64,000 bases of DNA from Octopus sinensis (Eukaryota): positions 54,746,001 to 54,810,000 of the forward strand of contig NC_043009.1 in assembly GCF_006345805.1 (NCBI RefSeq), read 5' to 3'. Within the stretch, counting starts at the first letter, position 1. Each line of letters opens with the position of its first letter. The notes below the pieces were generated by a model, which searched no databases, had not been told where the DNA came from, and worked only from the letters and a program-made list of their open reading frames with translations. Below, piece after piece: positions 27,433-39,975 of the stretch. Position numbers and translations under genes: made by a program.

Positions 27433-27881
27433 GAATATATATACATACAGACATACATACATACATGTAAACACATGCGCATATGCACACATATATGTAT
27501 GTAAATATATTTATACACATACACACACATACATATATATACATGTATATACAGATATACATGTGTGGTAAGAAGCTAGCTTCCCAACTAACTGTGTGTG
27601 TGTATGACACACACACACCTAGTCTCTCTTCTAACCACAAGAATCTTTATCGCAGTGACACAACCTAAACTACCAACATCTGTCAAACACTTATCGCATG
27701 AATACAACACTAGAGGTGACGGTGACGATGGTGGTGGTGGTGGAGGTGGTGGTGGTGGTGGTGGTGGTGGTGAATTTTGTTTTGTTGATTGTGGACTCTA
27801 TTACGTAGATCGCATGATAACGAGCTGATGTAAGTTAGGGGAATTTTATGCTAACAAAGTAGAGAGTGCTTGCAGGAAAAG

Positions 27882-27913
<32 letters not shown>

Positions 27914-28294
27914 AACTGAATGAGGGAGATACACACACAAACAAAAGACACACACAAGTACGTACATACGCACACAAACAAAATCACAAGCGCACGCAAT
28001 CACACACCTATGTATGTATTTATGTAGTTGAGTGTTGGTTTAGTGAAATCAAATGATATAACCCTATTGTTGTACAATATATTCCTCACTCCACCCTGGC
28101 GGGTTATTTGTATTTCTTGTTGTTTTCCCGTCTGACATCAGGAAAACACAGTTATTGTTTTTATTTATTTATTTATTTATTTATTGCTTGAGTAATGATA
28201 ATTGTGGAGCATTATCATTGTAGGGGTAAAGATTCAAGTCCAGTTAAAGTTATATATTTCGTATTGCATATAAAGGGGTTTTACTATCTCTTTC

Positions 28295-29156
28295 GGATCT
28301 TTTCCTTTTGAACGGCATATGCCAAAACAATTTCTAGTTAACTTAACACTTTTAAATTTCGTATACTGCGAGAATGTGTTTATGAAACATCATTTTTTCT
28401 TGGCTTTATTTTAGAAAATTCTATAGTTTCTAAGATATTTCCACTTTAAAATCGAGCATTTCGGCAATTTTAACCAATCAAATACGTCCATTTGGGGTGA
28501 AAACATACCATGCTGTATGAATATGTCCCTCGTTTAAGAAACAGATTGGGTTTATTTACATTTGCGAAGAAAAAAAGATACCCTTCCCCCATCCCTAACC
28601 CTAACCCTAACCATAACTCTAAACCTAAACCTAACCCTAACCATAACTCTAAACCTAACCCTAAAATAGATTGAAATGCAATAGATCGATCCTAGGGTTA
28701 TAATTATGGGTGACAATTTCAAACGACACCGCTACGGAAAATGGGATTTTTTTCTAGCGGTGTCAAATGAAAATGTCACCCATAATTATAACCCTAGTAT
28801 CGATCTATTGCATTTCAATTTAGTGTTAAGTTGGTTAGAGTTAGGGTTAGGGTTAGGGGTGGGGGAAGGGTATCTTTTTTTCTTCGCAAATGTAAATAAA
28901 CCCAATCTGTTTCTTAAACGAGGGATATATTCATACAGCACGGTATGTTTTCACCCCAAATGGACGTATATGATTGGTTAAAATTGCCGAAATGCTCGAT
29001 TTTAAAGTGGAAATATCTTAGAAACTATAGAATTTTCTCAATAAAGCCAAGAAAAAAATGATGTTTTATAAACACATTCTACCAGTATACGAAGTTTAAA
29101 AGTGTTAAGTTAACTAGAAATTGTGTTGAAAACTGCCGTTCAAAAGGAAAAGATCT
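28295..29156. mobile_element. Palindromic (foldback/MITE) element with internal telomere-like repeats and 8-bp TSD
   Basis: Arms of about 400-440 bp are near-perfect inverted repeats, GGATCTTTTCC...GGAAAAGATCT. TSD TCTCTTTC at 28287-28294 and 29157-29164. CCCTAA-type units at 28593-28664 and TTAGGG-type units at about 28834-28858. Confidence 0.9.
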
Positions 29157-29451
29157 TCTCTTTCTTTTATCCTCATTTGTAGGTGCATGCTTCAATGTAT
29201 GTATATACCTCAGCTAGTATTTGGGTATTTTGAAAATACTTCACAGAGTGACGACCATAACCTGCATAGTTATGGGTTGCCCTTTGGCAAGGCATAGCAT
29301 CCGTTCAGCCATCCTGCCAGGGATATGGCAAACTCGTTGGACTGCAGCATGATAAATTGTGAAAAGGTAGTGGAAGGGCTCAACTGAGCCAACAGCGCTG
29401 GAATTGTAGATCAACAGTTAGGATGATCCAGCTGTATCAAGAGGGTAACTA

Positions 29452-29972
29452 TGGTAAATCCTCAAGTATAGTCCACCCTTGAGTATAATACGCAGGGAAT
29501 TTTTAGCGGGCTGTACCTCTGAAAAACCTAAACCTTGTGTATAATATGCACCCCTACTCTAACTTGAGTCGTGCGTAACTAAGAGAGCAGCACCTAGTTG
29601 AACAAACTCTTCTGTGCATGCGTAATGCAATAATGGTGATGTTTTTAACTGTTATATGGGAATGTAAATATGTTTGCAAATTGTTTTTGTTACATGTTAT
29701 TCCGTGTTCTGAATACTTTTATTTTAATAAATGTTGCTTACTGCAAGTTATGGATGATTCTTTTATGACTTCATTGCTTTCAGGCTTAGCTTAAGGTATT
29801 TTCACACCCGACATCACAAAATGCGTCTGAAGAAACATTGCCAGACAGCAAATAGAGACTCGGACATTGCTTATAAAATATTTTTCATTTTAAACCACGT
29901 ATATAGTATGCACTAGGGATTTTGACCTTTAAATTTTGGGGAAAAATGCAGATTATACTTGAGGATTTATGG
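29452..29972. mobile_element. pogo/Tigger-like MITE
   Basis: TIRs TA|TGGTAAATCCTCAAGTATA ... TATACTTGAGGATTTATGG|TA with TA flanks. Confidence 0.75.
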
Positions 29973-30201
29973 TAAACGCATCCATAAGGGTGGTCTTTTA
30001 CTCTTTCACTTGTTTCAGTCATTTGATTGTGGCCATGCTGGAGCACCGCCTTTAGTTGAGCAAATCGACCCCAGGACTTATTCTTTTGTAAGCCTAGCAC
30101 TTATTTCTATCGGTCTCTTTTGCCAAACCGCTAAGTTATGGGGACATAAACACAACAGCATCGGTTGTCAAGCGATGTTGAAGGGACAGATACAGACACA
30201 C

Positions 30202-30250
<49 letters not shown>

Positions 30251-30849
30251 TATATACGACGGACTTCTTTCAGTTTCCGTCTACCAAATCCACTCACAAG
30301 GCTTTGGTAAGCCCAAGGCTATAGTAGAAGACACTTGCCCAAGGTGCCACGCAGTGGGACTGAACCTGGAACCATGTGGTTTGTAAGCAAGCTACTTACC
30401 ACACAGTCACTCCTACTCCTCTCTGAGTAATTCAGCAACTTTAAAATGTTTTATAAAGTGGCCAAGTACAATTGATAACATATCAAATATGATTTAATAA
30501 TTATGTCAAGGGGCATGTTATTTGTTTGCCAATGTACTACATATAACAGAATGCTAAGTTTGTTTATTTCATATAACTAAGCACAGTGAACGTTCAGTTG
30601 GCTGGGTGGCTAGGGTACCATACAATAAGCAGAGAGAGAGATCAACAGTTCAACAGTTTGAATTGTGTTTCTCTGGTACTTGATCAAGGCCCAGTCTACA
30701 GTCTATTTAGTTATACACTGGTATCACAGTGTAGGATGCTGCAGCTATAAAACTGATAAGTAATTTGCAGCATTAAGTCAAAAATAACACTTCTAATTAG
30801 TTAACCCAACCCATCTGAGATCAACCCTACCATGAATATTGATATCTAA

Positions 30850-31237
30850 TAATCCTTTCAACTATAGGCACAAAGCCCAAAATTTGGGGGAGGGGTCTAG
30901 TTGATTACATCAACCCCAGTACTCAACTGGTACTTAATTTATCGTCCCTGAAAGGATAGAAGGCAAAGTCGACCTCGGCAGAATTTGAACTCAGAACTTA
31001 GCAGCAGACGAAATACCTATTTCTTTACTACCCACACAGAGAGGACAAACAAGGACAGACAAATGGATTAAGTCGATTATATCGACCCCAGTGTGTAAGT
31101 GGTACTTATTTAATCGACCCTGAAAGGATGAAAGGCAAAGTCAACCTCGGCAGAATTTGAACTCAGAACGTAGCAGCAGACGAAATACCACAAAGCATTT
31201 CAACCGGTGTGCTAACAATTCTGCCGGCTCACTGCCT
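30850..31237 (-). mobile_element. SINE family A dimer with the same internal junction
   Basis: acgaaatacctatttctttactacccac at about 31008-31035, as at 45632-45659. Confidence 0.8.
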
Positions 31238-33608
31238 TATTATTGATATTTAATAATGTTACAACTTTACATTATGGAGTGGAATGTACAATTTCCTGTA
31301 ATTCAGACTATCTAATGGTCCCAGCAGACAAAATGGAAATGGTGTTGCCTTGGAGGATGATGAGGAGGATGCACTGGAACACCCACTCTGACTCACAAGG
31401 CTTGCATTTGCAAATAGCCTTCTCCAACCGAAAAGTGATAAGCAGGGATATGGTTCGGAGGAAGGGAGGGCAAGAATGCCAGAAGCCTTCACTGCCACAG
31501 GCTTGACCATAAACCTGTCAGAGAGTGACCCTGACAAGCAACAGAGGCTGGGCTGGTAGCTCAATACTTCTACCTATATGGTGCAAAATCTCCCATTATA
31601 ATGTGATTGCATTTAAATTAAAACCTTCCAATATAATATTCTATCAGTTACAATCTACATCAGCTTAATATTGAAAATCAATCTTGGTTGCTTTAATTTA
31701 ATGCAGTAACTTTGCTTTTTTCCTAGGTAGCATGTGTTGGCTCTAAATAGATCCATTTTTTGTCTGGTAAGAGCTAGTTCATAATAGTTTTGCTGCAATC
31801 CTTTCATTAATCGTGCTAGAAGGGTGCCAAGAGCACCACCCAAGGGTGATCGTTGCCAGAGCAGCCAACTGGCTCCGTGCCGGTGGCATGTAAAAGGGCA
31901 CCATTCGAGCGTGATCGTTACCAACGTCGCCTTACTGGCACTTGTGCTGGTGACACGTGTAAAAAGATTCGAGTGAGGTCATTGCCAGTACCACCTGACT
32001 GGCCCCGTGCCAGTGGCACATAAAAAGCACCCACTACACTCTCAGAGTGGTTGGCATTAGGAAGGGCATCAAGCTGTAGAAACTCTGCCAGATCAAGATT
32101 GGAGCCTGGTGTGGCCGTCTGGTTCGCCAGCCCTCAGTCAAAGTCGTCCAACCCATGCTAGCATGGAAGGCAGACGTTAAACGATGATGATGATGATGAT
32201 GATGATGTATGAGAGGCCCTAACCAGGAGCTTCTGCTCCACTGGCATAACTCTCAAGGTCATTGAGGTACATAGGTCATCATGCCATAATAAGGGCTGGA
32301 CCTTAATGATGGATTAGATAGATGAGCCTGAAAAGAAAGAAAAAGACTAAGTGATGATGGATGGAATACTTTGGAAAACTTTTGATCAAAATATTTAAAA
32401 ACTAATAGTGAAAATGTAGGAAACCCCCAAAACAATTTTTTCTTTCTGTGTCTGTGTGTGTATTTGCATGTGTGTGTGTGTATGTGTGTACATATGTGTA
32501 CATGTATGTGCATGTGTGTGAAAGTACAAGATGCAATGTTTTAGGTGCCAAGGTCAGTCTATTTCAACATCCACTCAATAGGGGTCATAGGATAAACTGT
32601 TTATTGCTGATGTCCTGGTATGAATTGTGCTTACAGCATTACCAGAAGAAGATTATTAAATACTTGGTCGATGATGTCACAGTAGATTGTAAAACAAATC
32701 TTCCCACGACTGTTTGCTGATTATAGCCAACCAAGGCACCATGTTGATTTAAATAAAAACCAAGATCGGTCACCAAGTGATTGGATTGTATATGAAAGAG
32801 AAAAACACAATGCCTTCAGCAGAAGCATGTTTGAACCTGTTTCAGATACAGTTACACAGAAAGGGAAACAGTTTCAGATTCTGTTTTAGTGTTGCACCTT
32901 GGACAAGTGTCATCTACTTCAGCCCTGGATCAATCAAAGCATTGATTTTGGTAAATTGAAAGAAGATCATCATATATATACTCTTTCATTTTTCTCTCTT
33001 TCACTTTCTTATTCTTTTACCTTCTCTTCTCCCACTATTCTATCCTATTACTCTGTCACTCCTCCTCCCTTACTCACGTGGCTCCCACGTGACCATCGGC
33101 CATCTCTCTTTCTTCTCTTAACTTGTGCTTCTTTCTTTCTCTCCATTGTAGCTGGAACAAGGAAGATGTGTTCTTGTTTGTCTCCTGTCCAAGCTTGATT
33201 TACACGTCCACCACCACAACCTTGTTTAGGCTTAGCAACCCTTCCTGTTTGTGTTACCAATTTTGACCCTCCACAAGAATCCCAAATTATATTTAATTTG
33301 CTTTGTGGGAGCAACTGTTTTATCAAGAGCGTATATTGTTGTTAAATGCTCAAAATACGTGACTAGAAAAACAGCCAACAACTGATGAAGGGTCGTTCTT
33401 TATGCTGTTTGTTTTGCTTTCCATTTGGGTCTTTCGTTGTTCAAAAGAATAGTTCATGTTCCATGTACTCGTGCTTTGTATTTTTTTTTTGTTGCACATG
33501 TTTCATGACGGCCTGTGCTCACATATGCATATATATATACGTATAGATGTAAGTATGTACATATACGTATGTATATATTCATATATTTATATTATTTATA
33601 ATACATAT

Positions 33609-33658
<50 letters not shown>

Positions 33659-33705
33659 GATTTTTTTCCTCTGTCTTCCCTTCTCTGGATCTTTCCTTCT
33701 CCTAT

Positions 33706-33740
33706 GTTTCCGACGAAGAGCTCCGCTCGAAACGCTAAAC
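33706..33740 (+). ncRNA. Minimal hammerhead-like motif, U4C variant
   Basis: gttt-CCGACGA-a-GAGC(tcc)GCTC-GAAA-cgc-t-aaac. U16.1 is apparently mutated. Confidence 0.5.
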
Positions 33741-33830
33741 CCTCCTTCTTTCCTGAGCGTCCAATAATACTATATTTGTTCCACGTCCTCGCGTTGTTGT
33801 GTTTTTTGTGTTTTTTGTTTGGATTAACTT

Positions 33831-33887
<57 letters not shown>

Positions 33888-33908
33888 TAATATATATATA
33901 TATATATA

Positions 33909-34132
33909 CAGGGTGTGGTGAATAAACTGTCATCTAAATTACGCAAAAATGAAAATAACACTGACATCTCATTTTAACAGATATATTCACCAAAAGTACA
34001 TAAAAATATCTTGAAATACTAAAGAGTAAATTTATTCAATAAAATCGCCATTGGCTTCAACTATGGCCTCCAGTCGACTCCAGAATCTCCTGCAACTCTT
34101 CTGGACAGTCTCTTTGTTTGAGTTGGTGAATA
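33909..34132 (-). mobile_element. 3' fragment of a Tc1/mariner-superfamily (maT/DD37D-like) element
   Basis: TA|CAGGGTG terminus. Minus strand translates FTNSNKETVQKSCRRFWSRLEAIVEANGDFIE*, a typical transposase C-terminus. Confidence 0.75.
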
Positions 34133-36004
34133 GAAAGGTGTCAGGTAATGTTGAATAAGTGCTATAGACAGACTACAGTTAAGTTCCAGATTCGGTAATA
34201 TTGCGAATAAAGGGTTCAATGTTGGTTCTATGTCAGCGTGTGTATATAGGATTTTTTTGCATAATAAGATAAAAAACCAAGGCTGTGTAGATATTAGAGC
34301 ATTTATAGATAGAAGGTCTTACAGCTTCTATCTATAAATGCTCTAATATCTATACAACCTTGGTTTTTTATCTTATTACGCAAAAAATTCTAATATACAT
34401 ATATATATATACATATATATGATGGGCTTCTTTCAGTTTCTGTCTACAAAATCTACTCCCAAGGCTTTGGTCGGCCCGAGGCTATAGTAGAAGACACTTC
34501 CCCAAGGAGCCATGCAGTGGGACTGAACTCGCAACCATGTGGTTCGTTAGCAAGCTACTTACCACACAGCCACTCCTACGTCTATGTTGTTGAAATTCCA
34601 ATGAAGGAGCCTTGGATTTAGGTTAGAAACTGGCTCTTACTCTATTGGCAAGAGATCTTGAAATAAAATTGAATAATGATATGCACACACATACATACAT
34701 ACATACATACATACATACATACATACATACATACATACATACGTACATACGTACGTACATACATACATACATACATACATACATACATACATACATACAT
34801 ACATGCATGCATGCATACATACATACATACATACATACATATAAAGGAGGTGTGTGTGAAAAATTCTATTTGTGTTGTTTTCTTTTCTTTTTCATCTTTC
34901 TTTTTTAGAATTCTAATATCCAGTATTTAAAATAAAAATCTGAAAGAAATCTTATTAGGAAAAAATATGAATTAAAAATGTGACAGGGTGGAGAAAATTC
35001 TTTTTTTTTAGAAAAAATGTTTGTTAATTTGCAAACAAAAATTTCATTCTGAGTTACTCTCTCTAGTGCAAATCACTACTTTAAACATTTTGGGCAACAT
35101 TTTTATGAAATTGATCTGGCAGCCCTGCAACAGGAAATGAACAGTATCCCTAGGGTATTCTCTCACCCACCCATCCTACACTTAATGTACAGAGTTAGTA
35201 ACAAAAAATGTGTCAAAATTTATTACCAGTAAATATAGTAAATATAGATACAGCAGTTTTGTCCCTGTCTGTCTGTCACCAGACTCTCACTCTGTTTTTC
35301 TGCCTGTCTGCCTGTTTCTCTGTCTGTCTGTATGTATGTACTCTTGTACTCTTTTACTTGTTTCAGTCATTTGACTGCGGCCACGATGGAGCACCGCCTT
35401 TAATCGAGCAACTCGACCCCCAGGACTTATTCTTTTGTAAGCCCAGTACTTATTCTATCGGTCTCTTTTGCCGAACCGCTAAGTAACGGGGACATAAACA
35501 CACTTGACCCCCCGGGACTTATTCTTTTGTAAGCCCAGTACTTATTCTATCGGTCTGTTTTGCCGAACCGCTAGGTTACGGGGACGTAAACACACCAGCA
35601 TCGGTTGTCAAGCAATGCTAGGGGGACAAACACAGACACACAAACATACACGCACATATATATATATAAATACATATATACGACTGGCTTCTTTCAGTTT
35701 CCGTCTACCAAATCCACTCACAAGGCTTTGGTCGGCCCAGGGCTATAGGAGAAGACACTTGCCCAAGGTGCCACGCAGTGGGACTGAACCCGGAACCATG
35801 TGGCTGGTAAGCAAGCTACTTACCACACAGCCACTCCTGCGCCTATATATTATTATATTATATATTATATTATTATTTTTTATTAATGATAATATCTTTA
35901 TATTTTTTTATAATTTTATTCACTTCAATCATTTTCAATTTACTACTACGTTCATATGGTCGATACACACAGGGTGACACGAGTATATTTAGCCCTAGGC
36001 AGTG

Positions 36005-36064
36005 GTACTCACTGATGAGGACTAAGTGTTTATCACAGAATTCGAAATCATGTGATATGTGTAC
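36005..36064 (+). ncRNA. Type I hammerhead ribozyme motif with canonical core
   Basis: Stem I GTACTCA/TGTGTAC (one mismatch), CTGATGA 36012-36018, imperfect stem II closed by G-C, GAAA 36044-36047, stem III ATCA-tg-TGAT, triplet AUA (predicted cut after 36057). Confidence 0.75.
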
Positions 36065-36290
36065 GTCTGCAACTCATTTGCAATTTTCACTTGCTATCAG
36101 GAAGTTGGCTTTTTATATACTCATTTCCTCAAATTCATTAGTGTGTTCTTGAGCTGTTTGGAATCTTATTTCTAGCACACACAACTGTGTACTATCTTGT
36201 AGCCTGATTATAAATTAATAATTTTGCCTTTTTGGTTACTTTATGCTTGCTAGCAACTTATATATTATTATTTTTTATTACTAATATCTT

Positions 36291-36324
<34 letters not shown>

Positions 36325-36449
36325 ATACGGTATTATAATTATTATAATTATATATAATCCTTACCGAATATGGTCATTTCCATACCGAAAAACTACTAGG
36401 TGAAATTTATTAATTTTATTAAATTAATTATATTTCACCCCTTATGTAT

Positions 36450-36499
<50 letters not shown>

Positions 36500-36500
<1 letters not shown>

Positions 36501-37908
36501 TGTTGTATCTGGGGAGAGTCATTCTCTTTTTGTGCCTTATTATTTAACACACTCACCGGTAAAGTTTCCACTCATTCACTTATTTATTTTTCCTAAAATT
36601 TTCGTTGGGTCTTGCAACCTTTTCAACTATTAAAAAGGTTGCAAGACACAACGAAAATTTTAGGAAATAAAAAAATAAGAAAAAAGTGGAAATTTTACCG
36701 GTGAGTGTGTTAGATTATAAGGCACAAAAAGAAAATGACTATCCTCTGACACAACAGAATATGCTTCAACACACAAACTCATATAAAGAATCTTGCAAAC
36801 CAAATCCAAAAACGAAATATATATATATTTATTTAAATATTTTAAATTTTGAATTTTATATTTTATATATTTTTTATTAATTATTTTATTTCTATGTATT
36901 GGTTTATGATTTTCACTGTTTGATTTGCCTAATAGTGGTTTTATCTATATATATATACACCTCATCTGCCCATGGCTCTGACGTGTTTTAACACAGGTGA
37001 CATGAGAGTTATATACTCTGCTTCGCCATTGCAGCCAACAGAAAATACAGAAAGCATATACATTAGTATATGTATTTAATATTTATTATACTAGAGTTGC
37101 CTTTGCTTCATATGTAAATTTTCTCTTAGTTATGCAATTTCTAGGCATACCAACTCATGATTTTACAAGCCACGAGCATATAAGTCATTGGACTAGCTAG
37201 CTGACTCACCTTCAACCCAGCCTGGTAGGTGGTGTTGATAAGCCACAAAAATAGCAAAACATTGATGTCCAACACTCCCAAATGGGATTGAGAGTGAGTT
37301 ATCTCACCTGTCCATGGCTCTAAGGTGTTTTAATACCAGCAACATGAGAGTATATATTCTACTACACCACTGCAGCCACCAGAAAATGCACAAAGCATAT
37401 ACATTAGTATATGTATTTACAATATATATATATATAATATATATATATATCTTGTCTGGCACCTGTGCCGGTCACACGTAAAAAGCACCCACTACACTCA
37501 TGGAGTGGTTGGCGTTAGGAAGGGCATCCAGCCGTAAAAACATCGCCAGATCAAACTGGGCCTGGTGCAGCCTTCTGGCTTCCTAGACCCCAGTTTCACC
37601 GTCCAACCCATGCCAGCATGGAAAGCGGATGCTAAACGATGATGATGATGATGATGATGATATATATATATATATATGGAAAAAAAGTCAAGATAGAAAA
37701 TGCTAAAATAATTTTATAGAAAACATTTCGGTACCGGTTTCAGTCATTGAGACTTTTTCAACTGTAACAATTAAACAATTTAATTTAGAAAAATTAAAAG
37801 AAAAGTTTTTTTAAAAGAATATTTGTATAGTGTTCAAATACAAGGGGCATTTTCCTTGTTTCTGCCTGTCTCTGTCTCTCTTGTTTACTCTTGTGGGTTC
37901 GAGGTCAT

Positions 37909-37955
<47 letters not shown>

Positions 37956-39346
37956 TGTTGTATCTGGGGAGAGTCATTCTCTTTTTGTGCCTTATTATTT
38001 AACACACCTCACCGGTAAAGTTTCCACTCATTCACTTATTTATTTTTCCTAAAATTTTCGTTGGGTCTTGCAACCTTTTCAACTATTAAAAAGGTTGCAA
38101 GACACAACGAAAATTTTAGGAAAATAAAAAAATAAGAAAAAAGTGGAAATTTTACCGGTGAGTGTGTTAGATTATAAGGCACAAAAAGAAAATGACTATC
38201 CTCTGACACAACAGAATATGCTTCAACACACAAACTCATATAAAGAATCTTGCAAACCAAATCCAAAAACGAAATATATATATATTTAATTTAAATATTT
38301 TAAATTTTGAATTTTATATTTTATATATTTTTTATTAATTAATTTTATTTCTATGTATTGGTTTATGATTTTCACTGTTTGATTTGCCTAATAGTGGTTT
38401 TATCTATATATATATACACCTCATCTGCCCATGGCTCTGACGTGTTTTAACACAGGTGACATGAGAGTTATATACTCTGCTTCACCATTGCAGCCAACAG
38501 AAAATACAGAAAGCATATACATTAGTTATATGTATTTAATATTTATTATACTAGAGTTGCCTTTGCTTCATATGTAAATTTTCTCTTAGTTATGCAATTT
38601 CTAGGCATACCAACTCATGATTTTACAAGCCACGAGCATATAAGTCATTGGACTAGCTAGCTGACTCACCTTCAACCCAGCCTGGTAGGTGGTGTTGATA
38701 AGCCACAAAAATAGCAAAACATTGATGTCCAACACTCCCAAATGGGATTGAGAGTGAGTTATCTCACCTGTCCATGGCTCTAAGGTGTTTTAATACCAGC
38801 AACATGAGAGTATATATTCTACTACACCACTGCAGCCACCAGAAAATGCACAAAGCATATACATTAGTATATGTATTTAACAATATATATATATCTTGTC
38901 TGGCACCTGTGCCGGTCACACGTAAAAAGCACCCACTACACTCATGGAGTGGTTGGCGTTAGGAAGGGCATCCAGCCGTAAAAACATCGCCAGATCAAAC
39001 TGGGCCTGGTGCAGCCTTCTGGCTTCCTAGACCCCAGTTTCACCGTCCAACCCATGCCAGCATGGAAAGCGGACGCTAAACGATGATGATGATGATGATG
39101 ATGATATATATATATATATGGAAAAAAAGTCAAGATAGAAAATGCTAAAATAATTTTATAGAAAACATTTCGGTACCGGTTTCAGTCATTGAGACTTTTT
39201 CAACTGTAACAATTAAACAATTTAATTTAGAAAAATTAAAAGAAAAGTTTTTTTAAAAGAATATTTGTATAGTGTTCAAATACAAGGGGCATTTTCCTTG
39301 TTTCTGCCTGTCTCTGTCTCTCTTGTTTACTCTTGTGGGTTCGAGG

Positions 39347-39350
<4 letters not shown>
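36500..39350. repeat. Tandem duplication, period about 1.45 kb (36500-37908 / 37955-39350)
   Basis: Near-identical copies with a few substitutions and 1-nt indels; breakpoints lie in (TA)n. Confidence 0.92.
37729..37764 (-). ncRNA. Minimal hammerhead motif, U3-A8 covariant (duplicated at 39171-39206)
   Basis: Minus strand cag-TTGAAAA-AGTC(tcaat)GACT-GAAA-CCGGT-A-ccg. Stem I is imperfect. Confidence 0.5.
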
Positions 39351-39389
<39 letters not shown>

Positions 39390-39914
39390 GCTCCTTTCAG
39401 TTTCCATCAACCAAATCCACTCAAAAGGCTTTGGTTGGCTCAATGCTATATAGTAGAAGACACATGCTCATGGTCCTGTGCTGTGGGCCTGAAATCAGAA
39501 CCATGTGGTTAGGGAGCAAGCTTGTTACCTAACACCCATGCCTGCACCTAAATGTAATTTAAAAATATATTGGAGCTTTGGCACATAAAAAAAATGTCGT
39601 ATGTGGCTCTTTTCAGAAAACATGGCCATCTATGTTATAAATTAAGCTGTGTAGGTGCAGGTGTAGCTGTGTGGTAAGAAGCTTACTTCCCAACCACATG
39701 GTTTTGGGTTCAATCCCACTGACTGGCATCTTGGACAAGTGTCTTCTACTCGAGCCTTGGGTTGACCAAAGCCTTGTGAGTAGATTTGTTTGATAGATAG
39801 AAACTGAAAGAAACCCTATAATCACCTTATATTAAATTATATGGATAATACCATACTAAATTCTGGTGCCTTTAACTTAAGTACCATATTCATCTGAATC
39901 TAAATTTTACTGAA

Positions 39915-39975
<61 letters not shown>

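Noticed and set aside
28593-28858. CCCTAA/TTAGGG tracts as a telomere or chromosome-fusion scar
   Set aside because: Short, degenerate, inside TSD-flanked TIR arms, and in the opposite order to a head-to-head telomere fusion (TTAGGG then CCCTAA).
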